From: Clostridia bacterium | GTDB taxonomy: Bacteria; Bacillota; Clostridia; Oscillospirales; CAG-272 | Length of the DNA stretch: 64,000 nucleotides | Assembly (NCBI GenBank): GCA_017550315.1 | Contig: JAFZPN010000054.1 | Location: forward strand, 1,766 to 65,765 | Direction of reading: 5' to 3' | In this document: positions 39,201 to 45,700 of the stretch, in pieces | How positions within the stretch are numbered: the stretch's first letter is position 1 | How the letters are laid out: every line of letters starts with the position of its first letter | Program-made: the position numbers and the translations under genes | Notes under the pieces: model-generated | What the model was told of the DNA's origin: nothing | Seen by the model: the letters and a program-made list of their open reading frames with translations, nothing else | Databases searched by the model: none

Positions 39201-39820
39201 ACAACGGCCAGCTCCTGGATAACGAATACGCCCTGACGAAATTCAAGGCGGAGCGGGCAGTGCTCGAAGCTGTCGGCCGCGGCGTGGACGCAAAGGTCAT
39301 GCGGCTCGGCAACCTGATGGGCCGCGCATCGGACGGCGAATTCCAGGCGAACTTCCGCAGCAACGCCTTCATCCGTTCGCTGGCCAGCTACAAGGCCATC
39401 GGCGCCGTTCCCTATTCCGTGATGAACATGGGGACCGACTTCTCCGAAATCGACATGACCGCCCGCGCGATCCTGCTTCTCGCCGGGACGGACCGTGAAT
39501 TCACCGTGTTCCATCCCATGAACAACCACACGGTCACCTATGCCGACATCGTGTACGCCATGCGGGAATACGGCTTCTCGGTCGAGACGCTGGAGGAAGA
39601 CGCGTTCGAGCGGCGCATGGCGGAAGCGGGCGACACATCCGGCGCGCTCATCGCGTATCAGAGCCGCGAAGGCAGCGCACGCCGCTACGAACTCGGCGCG
39701 GACTGCGCTTTCACCACGTCCGCCCTCTACCGGCTCGGCTTCAAATGGCCCGTATCCGGGGAAAAGTATATCGTACAAATGCTGAAAGCGCTGGATGAAC
39801 TCATCATGTTTGAAGAGTGA
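33209..39820 (+). CDS. Two-module nonribosomal peptide synthetase, (degenerate C)-A-T-C-A-T-R with terminal thioester reductase
   Basis: A1: YTSGTTGTPKG, YGPTE, YRTGD. T1: LGLTS. C: HHIIFDG. A2: FTSGSTGKPKG, YGPTE, YRTGD. T2: LGGTS. R: TGATGFLG and YALTK. Confidence 0.93.
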   Translation: MNEDRILTWWKERLSGLEIDVCPAVDFPDNEEGGALTSLTVAAPDTDRDTLTAAFAYTLAKFTSQTESLFWIREGGTCHPFYVSFDETAPAGDFRAAVTALRADACEHPYADEAGLAEALGLNRELLLSFDDAAPDPAGEWKLCLSQTDGALTLFYREGWYLFENMRRLAETVVTVAKQLPGIGCLRDLTLIGEDDLALLGTFPHWELPPSAGSVPEILKRSFEKYPDRRAVVYEGEALTYRELDKKTDAIAAKLAAEGIGKGSVVSTLLPRCKWMPVVAVAILKTGAAYQPLDPSYPPERLNFMVQDSGAELVIADRALRDLIAEYDGPFLYLDELDALPDAEPLNREICPEDPFILLYTSGTTGTPKGVILHHGNLVNFIDWYLPKFRLTSESRSAAYASFGFDANMMDTYPTLAAGGEMHILSDEVRFDLRAINRYFNENGITHSFMTTQVGRQFALMTDCKTLRIMSMGGEALVPFDPPAGMEVYNLYGPTECTILSTTYHMTSDSKRLPIGVPLNNTRLYVADNFQRLLPVGAMGELLIAGTQVGTGYLNRPEKTAEAFIANPFTDDPAYARLYRTGDIVRWGNDGNVEFVGRRDGQVKIRGFRIEMTEVERVLREFPGITDATVIARDAPAGGKMICAYVVSPETVDVKALEQFILERKPPYMVPAVTMQIEKIPLNVNSKVDKRALPEPVFAADETKESGPRARTALEEKLYGILSSIVGSSDFPVEKPLEDLGLTSISALMLAVDIEEAFGYSPDVDVLARGSLLSIENEIVAHFMESPAAEQKPVRESNGPWPLTQTQLGIYSACMMDPDNDAYQLPFLFRVSADTDTDRLCRALEAAIAAHPALRCRIIPDRESTAVMISTDDDFRAETEEITEEALAARMKEHVPFDFANDPLYRAKVYRTEEAVYLYINFHHIIFDGTSLVVFMEDLEKAFEGEVPEGEKYSAFDLALDERDARASQAYADAKATYDAIFSGVDVNSLPDADFPGGEPEEEHAQKLLLGDGMAARVQKWCADLKVTENAFFTFAFACTLAKTTGQDEALFCNIYNGRRDPRTFRTVGMLVKTYPFHIRFTGTETPADMVRETARRIRDLTAGDLYSFAEVSRAYDIRPDILFAYQGSAFNEFTVAGQTSKSLAQALNSVQAPLSVDVFLEDGTYSLNAEYYPDRYTGAMISSFLELFARTAQQLLEVPTLDAVDLMHEKGRALLDSANNTDWPVPYRPAHCLMEESAAAHPDRLAVITPSAKLTYAELNENANRVAHSLLDLGVGPNRIAALMLPRCAEVYMVRQGILKAGGAFLSIDPEYPDDRVEVMAEDSESVVLITTRALMEERRAFLSSLSCTIAAVEDLLLNENTANPDINVPADALAYSIFTSGSTGKPKGVLLTQGNLVNFVNANPKNPEILGYTERAHVSLALAAITFDVSIMEEFIPLANGLTICMATAEEIHNPAALAKLMTENHVDMMTCTPSFLTNCIGLAVMKPALENVVSYDFGAEAFPAALLQKIRTIRPDAYIMNGYGPTEATISCTMDVVTNANVITIGRPASNVKAYILDPQGHILPPLVPGELVIAGAGVGRGYVKRDDLTAEKFITVEGLPAYRTGDIAAWTADGKIRFKGRTDNQVKLRGLRVELGEIESAINACDGVLTSIVIMTGEENNRFLAGYYTASREISPAELKAEIAKTLTAYMVPGVLLQLDQMPLTANGKIDKKKLPKVEYTPAAEEYVAPANAVEEDFCGWFAEVLNMDRVSAEGNFFELGGTSLSAAVIALNAADRGYPIVYADVFKAQTPRELAALAAGTEPAKQTGSAQDDLKGFDDATLELSHNTVDHLPGLTRTSVGNLLLTGATGFLGIHLLREFLENSTSNVICLLRGDAPEKHLRTLYFYYFDQSLDPYFESGRVTVVPGDITDRASLDAVKAMPFDTLINCAALVKHFVHDDSLEKINYRGVENLIALCEETGRRLIQTSTVSVAGEGLDGEPPRDWVLTEDALYNGQLLDNEYALTKFKAERAVLEAVGRGVDAKVMRLGNLMGRASDGEFQANFRSNAFIRSLASYKAIGAVPYSVMNMGTDFSEIDMTARAILLLAGTDREFTVFHPMNNHTVTYADIVYAMREYGFSVETLEEDAFERRMAEAGDTSGALIAYQSREGSARRYELGADCAFTTSALYRLGFKWPVSGEKYIVQMLKALDELIMFEE

Positions 39821-39856
39821 ACCGGCCGACAGGAATCACCAACAGGAGGATTTGAC

Positions 39857-40147
39857 ATGACCATCGAAAAGAACGTATGCGAAAACGCCGCCGAGATAAA
39901 GCTCTCGGGATGGCTCGACACCCAGACCGCCCCGGAGCTCGACGCGGAGATCAGCGCGCTCGGGGAGGAGATCACCGCCCTGACGCTGGATTTTGAGAAG
40001 CTCGAATACATCTCTTCCGCCGGACTGCGCCTGATCGTCGCAGCATACAAGAAGATGAACGGCGCCCTGACGCTTCGGAATGTTTCCGACGAGATCATGA
40101 GCGTGATCAGGATGACTGGTTTAGACAAGCGGATCACCATCGCATGA
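39857..40147 (+). CDS. STAS-domain anti-sigma factor antagonist (RsbV/SpoIIAA-like)
   Basis: LSGWLDT, LDFEKLEYISSAGLR (phospho-acceptor Ser motif), MTGL. Confidence 0.9.
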   Translation: MTIEKNVCENAAEIKLSGWLDTQTAPELDAEISALGEEITALTLDFEKLEYISSAGLRLIVAAYKKMNGALTLRNVSDEIMSVIRMTGLDKRITIA

Positions 40148-42102
40148 ACAAACGATCGATCCGACGCTGGATCACGCTGTGCTTCACCGTGATCCTGATC
40201 CTCTCCCTCGCGGTGACGGCGGCGTGGAACTACTACCACACCTATTCGCACATCCTCGAGGAGAGCAGAGACGCCGCGGAAAGCTGCGCGAGCCTCGTCC
40301 GGTATTCCCTCGACTCGTGGGACATCGACGCCCTGATGCACGCGTCTGACGACGAACAGTACCGGCAGGAGCGGAGCACGCTGCGGGCGCTTTCTCGGAG
40401 CTTTGACTTTGAATATCTGTATATCTACACCGTTGACCCGGAGACAGAGGTCCGTCATTTCCTCTTCTGCGTCGCCAGCGACGACGACAAGGAAAACGTC
40501 GTGCTGCGCGAGCGGTATCTCGGCGCGGTGGCCGACGAACCGCTCGACAAGTGGGAAAAAGCGCTGCTCGCCGGGGAACGCGAGATGCAGATGGGCAAGG
40601 TTTCCACGCAGTACGGCGACGATATCACCTGGCTCGTGCCGTATACGGACGGCGACGGCCCCCTGCTTGCCGTGATCGGGATGGACCACAGCATTGCGGT
40701 GGAGAACGCGAAGATCCTGAAGGACTTCCTCTTCGCGCTCATCCCCGTCGTGCTGTCGCTGACGATGGGTCTGTTGGTCCTGCTGATCCTGCTGCGGCGG
40801 CGGATCCTGCGGCCGATCCACGCGCTGTCGGAGAGCATGAGCCGCTTTGCCCGGGACAGCAGCGTGAAGCCCGAACCGATCGGGATCTGCACGCAGGATG
40901 AGATCGGGGAGATCGCCGCTTCCTACGAGAAAATGACAAGCGACATCGTCGCGTATGTCAACAACATCGAAACCCTGACCAAGGAACGCGTCGAGACCAA
41001 CGTTCAGCTCGACGTTGCCCGCCGGATCCAGTACGGGCTGGTGCCGGAGAAGACCGCCCTCGACGGGGACGGCTTCACGCTCCGCGCCATGACCCAGCCA
41101 GCCAAGGCGGTCGGCGGGGATTTCTACGACTGCTTCCGGCGGGATGATAACAAGGTCTGCGCGGTGCTCGGCGATGTGTCGGGCAAGGGGATTTCCGCCG
41201 CGATCTTCATGGCGATGGCGAAAACCATGATCCACGAAAAGCTCATGGCCGGACTCAGCCCGTCGGAGACCCTGAATCAGGTCAACGACGCGCTCTGCGC
41301 CCAAAACCCCGAGGGACTGTTCGCCACGGCGTTCGCGGTCGTGCTGGATCCCGTGTCCGGCCGGATGTGCTATGCCAACGCCGGTCACACCCCGCCCGTT
41401 CTGATCGGCGAGGTAAGCCGTTTCCTGCATCCGGACAGCGGCATCGCGCTCGGGCTCTTTGAAGACGCGGGAATCGTCGACGGATCGCTCGATCTGTTGC
41501 CCGGCGAGGGGATCCTGCTCTACACGGACGGCGTGACGGAAGCGGTCAGTCCGGAGCGCATGCTGTTCGGCGAGGCCCGGCTGCTCAAAGAACTCGCACA
41601 CTTCCCCGCTTCCCCGGATGCGGCACAGGAATCGATCCGCACGGTCAAGGAGGCGGTCGAGCGCTTCACGGAAGGCGGCGAACCCTTTGACGACACGGCG
41701 ATCCTCGCCCTGTTCCGGACCGCCGGGGACGCCTGGAAACCGATCCCCGTGGCGCTCTCCTCCTTTAACGAGGTGAAGAAAGCGGTCTTTGCCGAGATCG
41801 GAGAGACGGCAGAGGCGCGGAAGATCCTCCTGGCCTGCGACGAGACGCTTACGAACATCGTCAGCTACTCCGGCGCATCCGAGCTGGCGTATTGCTGTAC
41901 AAAGGAGGGGGACACCCTCCGGATCGGATTCCGCGACAACGGCACGGCCTTTGATCCGACCGCGCCGCGGACTATGGAAACGGATTTTGATATGCTCGAC
42001 ATGGGCGGAATGGGGATCGGCATCGTCCGGGAGACCGCCTCCTCGATGGAATATGCGCGGAGGGACGACCGGAACGTGCTGTTCCTCTGCTTCCGTCTGT
42101 GA
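40144..42102 (+). CDS. Membrane sensor: TM, extracytoplasmic domain, TM, HAMP, SpoIIE/RsbU PP2C phosphatase and C-terminal RsbW-like HATPase domain
   Basis: QDEIGEIA (HAMP); VGGDFYD, GDVSGKG, NAGH, YTDGVTEA, DDTAIL (PP2C); DETLTNIVSY, DNGTAFDP, GGMGIGIV (GHKL boxes). Confidence 0.9.
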   Translation: MNKRSIRRWITLCFTVILILSLAVTAAWNYYHTYSHILEESRDAAESCASLVRYSLDSWDIDALMHASDDEQYRQERSTLRALSRSFDFEYLYIYTVDPETEVRHFLFCVASDDDKENVVLRERYLGAVADEPLDKWEKALLAGEREMQMGKVSTQYGDDITWLVPYTDGDGPLLAVIGMDHSIAVENAKILKDFLFALIPVVLSLTMGLLVLLILLRRRILRPIHALSESMSRFARDSSVKPEPIGICTQDEIGEIAASYEKMTSDIVAYVNNIETLTKERVETNVQLDVARRIQYGLVPEKTALDGDGFTLRAMTQPAKAVGGDFYDCFRRDDNKVCAVLGDVSGKGISAAIFMAMAKTMIHEKLMAGLSPSETLNQVNDALCAQNPEGLFATAFAVVLDPVSGRMCYANAGHTPPVLIGEVSRFLHPDSGIALGLFEDAGIVDGSLDLLPGEGILLYTDGVTEAVSPERMLFGEARLLKELAHFPASPDAAQESIRTVKEAVERFTEGGEPFDDTAILALFRTAGDAWKPIPVALSSFNEVKKAVFAEIGETAEARKILLACDETLTNIVSYSGASELAYCCTKEGDTLRIGFRDNGTAFDPTAPRTMETDFDMLDMGGMGIGIVRETASSMEYARRDDRNVLFLCFRL

Positions 42103-42119
42103 AAGGAAAGGAGATCCCC

Positions 42120-42626
42120 GTGCAGAAAACGCTCTTCAGGCTCTTTGCGTCCCTCGCTCTGCTCTCCCTGCTTCTCCCGGCGTGCGCGGGCGGGACAGAG
42201 AGCACCGCCGAATGGGAGGGGCGTACCCTCGTCGGCATTGAGTACGGCGAGATCAACGGGATGACGTGGGGCGACGATTTCGAGATCCGCCTGACGGAGG
42301 ACACGGTCATCTATGCGCGGCGGTTTTCCCGTCTGACACACCGGTATATCACATACGAAGGTCGGGCACTGTCCGCGAAGCGCTGGCAGGATATCGCCGG
42401 GGCCGTGATCGCGCTCATGCCCTCGCTGGAAGAAGTGCCTGTGGCTCCGGATGACATGCAGATCCCATTTGCGACGGATGGCGGAAGCGCTTCCGCGGTC
42501 GTCGGATCGGGCTTTTGGCTCATCTGGCGGGCATCGGACGGCACGACGGAGCGGATCCGGTATTATGTCCCGTCCGACGAGGGATTCGACGCGCTGCGGG
42601 CCCTGCTCGTGAAAACCGCGCGGTGA
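42120..42626 (+). CDS. Hypothetical lipoprotein, last gene of the NRPS operon
   Basis: AAGGAG RBS, GTG start, signal peptide ending LLPAC. Confidence 0.65.
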   Translation: MQKTLFRLFASLALLSLLLPACAGGTESTAEWEGRTLVGIEYGEINGMTWGDDFEIRLTEDTVIYARRFSRLTHRYITYEGRALSAKRWQDIAGAVIALMPSLEEVPVAPDDMQIPFATDGGSASAVVGSGFWLIWRASDGTTERIRYYVPSDEGFDALRALLVKTAR

Positions 42627-42650
42627 ACGGCAAAGAAGAAAAGACACGAC

Positions 42651-42691
42651 AAAGCACCCCGGAGTCAATGGCTCGCGGGGTGTTTGCTTTT
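42651..42691. terminator. Bidirectional terminator
   Basis: aaagCACCCCGGAGTCA...TGGCTCGCGGGGTGtttgctttt between convergent genes. Confidence 0.65.
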
Positions 42692-42705
42692 GTTCGGTTT
42701 CAGCC

Positions 42706-43962
42706 TTAATTCCCGTCCCGGAAGACGATCTCTCCCGAGCGCAGGTCGGTGACGGTGAGGATCCAGCCGCCCGCGGGGACCGGTTCCGGCGACTCGGATG
42801 CGGGATGCACGGTGAGCTGATCGTCGAGGCGGCGCAATAGATTCCCGAGCAGGGTGTCGGGATCATATTCGGCGGAGTAATACAGATCGCCGTGAAAGTC
42901 CGATCCGGCCAGGAGGGACAGGTTGTTGCAGATCTTGCCGGACTCGAAGCGGCTGATCTTGTAATCGACGTACTTTTCGTAATCGCGGTCCCAGGAGGCG
43001 TAGGCCGGGTCGTCCCGCCGCACGAGCTCCGGATAACTCTCGGCAATGAACTGCCCGAGGGTCTCTGTCACCGTGACTGCGCCGATGAAATTGATGTGCG
43101 AGGAGTCGTATGCGTCGGTCGAATAATCGACGATGCCGAGATTCATCATATTGTAAAGCGGAAGCCCGTACTTCTCCCCGAGCAGCTTCTCCATCGTCGC
43201 CGCGGCGTCGCGGTTCTCCTGCGTCGCGGTGAACGGGACGTAGGTGAACAAGAGATCGATTCCCCGCTCCCGGCACCAGCCGATCAGCTTGTCGAGATAC
43301 TCTACGTTGACTGTATGAAGCTCCCGCGCCGTGCCGTCCGCAGATTCGGTATATCCCTCCGCGTCATAGAAGCCGAGCACGAACGCCGCGCCCTTCTGCG
43401 GGATGTCGCGCGGGAGGAAATTGTCCTTTTTGATCTCCGACCAGCGGCTGTGATACATCGCGAACGGGAACAGGAAGTCATAGCGCTTCTCGTAGTCGTC
43501 GAAGATGTCCCGGACCGCTTCGATTTTCAGCCCGGACAGCGGGAAGACATCGAACTGGACCCGCTGCATGTCCCGGGAATCCGGGCGGTATTTGCCGTTC
43601 CCGACCTCGGAAAACTCGACGAAGCCGAAGAGATCGATCACGACCAGTTTCGGGTCGGTATAGCAGGACAAGAGCTGAAGAATGTAGTAATCCTCCGGCA
43701 GCGTGCAGTTGCCCTGTCCCCAGTTGTAGGAGGCGATCCCGCACGCGCGCCACATTTCCTGCGGGAGGATCGTGTTGTACGCATGGCTCGTGCCCATGAC
43801 GATGACGTCGAAATCGGTGTCGGAGGCAAAGAACTGCTTGTATTTTTCATCCACGTCGGTCTTGTCGAGAAATCGCGCCGCCGCGTGGATCGACAGTGCC
43901 AGCAGCACGGCGAACACGAGTACGCAGCCGCATCGCCATAGGGTTTTCTTTCGATCGGCCAC
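42706..43962 (-). CDS. SGNH-like extracytoplasmic acyltransferase partner (DltD/PatB-like)
   Basis: MGTSH nucleophile motif and DSSH (DxxH) motif, N-terminal TM; GTG start after GAGGTGAGG. Confidence 0.72.
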   Translation of the reverse strand: MADRKKTLWRCGCVLVFAVLLALSIHAAARFLDKTDVDEKYKQFFASDTDFDVIVMGTSHAYNTILPQEMWRACGIASYNWGQGNCTLPEDYYILQLLSCYTDPKLVVIDLFGFVEFSEVGNGKYRPDSRDMQRVQFDVFPLSGLKIEAVRDIFDDYEKRYDFLFPFAMYHSRWSEIKKDNFLPRDIPQKGAAFVLGFYDAEGYTESADGTARELHTVNVEYLDKLIGWCRERGIDLLFTYVPFTATQENRDAAATMEKLLGEKYGLPLYNMMNLGIVDYSTDAYDSSHINFIGAVTVTETLGQFIAESYPELVRRDDPAYASWDRDYEKYVDYKISRFESGKICNNLSLLAGSDFHGDLYYSAEYDPDTLLGNLLRRLDDQLTVHPASESPEPVPAGGWILTVTDLRSGEIVFRDGN

Positions 43963-43975
43963 ATCCTCACCTCCC

Positions 43976-45454
43976 TCAGAACTGGAAATAGATGAAATTC
44001 GTCGCGTTGTAATCCGAACCCCAGACGCCGAAGACGAGGATCGCAAGGATCGCGCCGATGTAGACGACCCAGCGGAAATACAGCGGCTGGCGCTCGATCT
44101 TCGCGCTGATCGTCGGTCTGCACCGCGTATAGACGCCGACGGCAAAGAGGATCAGAAGCCCGACGAGGAGCAGACGGAATTCCCGCTCCCCGAGGCCGCA
44201 GGTATAGAGGCTCCCGTCGAAAAGGATCCACGGGTTGAACGTCCCGGCGATGCTCCGGAGTAAGCTCACGGCGTGGCGGATCCCGTTCGCGCGGAAGAAG
44301 AGCCAGGTGAAATCGATGAGGAGGAAGGTCCCGACCGTCTTCACGCAGCGCGAGGCGAAGGTCGGCGGCCTCTTTTTGCGCTTTTCGGCGAGATGCGAGA
44401 AGCAGTCCTCAAGGATCTGGAACACGCCGTTGATCCCGCCCCAGAGGACGTAGGACCAGCGCGCGCCGTGCCAGAGACCGCTCAGAAGAAATACGATCAG
44501 GATATTGCGGTATTTGACGAGTCTTCCCTTCCGGCTGCCGCCGAGGGGGATATACACGTAATCGACGAACCAGGTGTTGAGCGTGACGTGCCACCGCTTC
44601 CAAAATTCGTGGATCGAGGTCGAGAGGTACGGCGTCTCGAAGTTGTTCACGAGCCGGATCCCGAGCATTTCCGCGGCGCCGAGCGCGATGGTGGAATACC
44701 CGGCAAAGTCGCAGTAGATCTGGAAGGCGAAGAGGAACGTCGCTATCACGATGAACATGCCGGGGTACTTTTCAGGGGAGCCGTAGACGGCGTTCACGAA
44801 GATCGCCGCGCGGTCCGCGATGACCATTTTCATGAAATATCCCCACAGCATCACGACAAAGCCGTGCCGCGCCGCTTCATAGGTGGGCCGGGGCAGTTCC
44901 CTGAGCTGGGACATAAGGTTCTCCGAGCGCTCGATCGGGCCGGCGACGAGCTGCGGGAAGAACGAGACGAAGAGGGCGTACTGCAGGAGGTTCTTCTCCG
45001 CGGGCACTGTCCGGCGGTACACGTCGATCATGTAGCCGATCGTCTGGAAGGTATAGAACGAAATGCCGACGGGCAGGATCGGATCCCAGGCGGGCGTCAG
45101 CGCCGTGATCCCGATACGGGAGAGAACGGCGGTGAGCGTGGAGCAGGCAAAGCCGAAGTACTTGAAGAGGAAGAGCACGGAGAGGTTCAAGACGATCCCC
45201 GTCACGAGGATCGCGCGCTCCCGCTTTCCCGGTGCGTCGGATCCCTCTTTCCGCGCCGCATCGATCAGGCGGGCGCAGCCGTAGGTGAGGAGCGTGGAGA
45301 AGAGGATCAGGACGATGTACCGGGGGTTCCAGGACATATAGAAAAAATAGCTGCACGCCAAAAGCCACGGGGCCTTGGCTTTCCGCGGCAGCACATGGAA
45401 ACATATCAGCGCGATGGGGAAAAACAGAACAAAGCGAAACGAATTGAAGAGCAT
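43976..45454 (-). CDS. MBOAT O-acyltransferase (second copy)
   Basis: LPVGISFYTFQ, FFPQLVAGP, FWKRWH, GLWHGA, C-terminal FIYFQF. Confidence 0.92.
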   Translation of the reverse strand: MLFNSFRFVLFFPIALICFHVLPRKAKAPWLLACSYFFYMSWNPRYIVLILFSTLLTYGCARLIDAARKEGSDAPGKRERAILVTGIVLNLSVLFLFKYFGFACSTLTAVLSRIGITALTPAWDPILPVGISFYTFQTIGYMIDVYRRTVPAEKNLLQYALFVSFFPQLVAGPIERSENLMSQLRELPRPTYEAARHGFVVMLWGYFMKMVIADRAAIFVNAVYGSPEKYPGMFIVIATFLFAFQIYCDFAGYSTIALGAAEMLGIRLVNNFETPYLSTSIHEFWKRWHVTLNTWFVDYVYIPLGGSRKGRLVKYRNILIVFLLSGLWHGARWSYVLWGGINGVFQILEDCFSHLAEKRKKRPPTFASRCVKTVGTFLLIDFTWLFFRANGIRHAVSLLRSIAGTFNPWILFDGSLYTCGLGEREFRLLLVGLLILFAVGVYTRCRPTISAKIERQPLYFRWVVYIGAILAILVFGVWGSDYNATNFIYFQF

Positions 45455-45562
45455 GGCATTCTCCGCCTGCGTGGACCGGCGCGCCGTTCTGCCGGATCGG
45501 GTATAGTCCGGTCGAATCCGCGCCGTTTTTGACGGTTTTGGGGGCAACGTGTCACCGCCCTG

Positions 45563-45700
45563 ATTATACCACAACCGCATCGGATATGCAAGAGCGATTT
45601 CCGCGGGCATAAAAAGCCCCGGAAGACTGGACGGAAAGCCTTCCGGGGATGGAGATTATTGATGTTCGGCCAGCCAGATTCCCACGCGGGACTGGATGTT
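45563..45700 (-). repeat. Copy 1 of a diverged direct repeat: lipoprotein 3' end, terminator hairpin and TTGCAT-17-TATAAT promoter
   Basis: attataccacaa...atatgcaagagc...tttccgcgggca.aaaaagccccggaagac...aagccttccgggg...acgcgggactggat, shared with 48171-48310. Confidence 0.85.

Noticed and set aside
36281-39778. 1165-aa antisense ORF inside the NRPS, and similar long shadow ORFs (e.g. 21481-23307, 27421-29355, 39727-41601, 48560-50692, 56677-58473)
   Set aside because: They lie opposite well-supported genes and have no recognisable motifs. Long antisense frames are expected from high GC3 codon bias.
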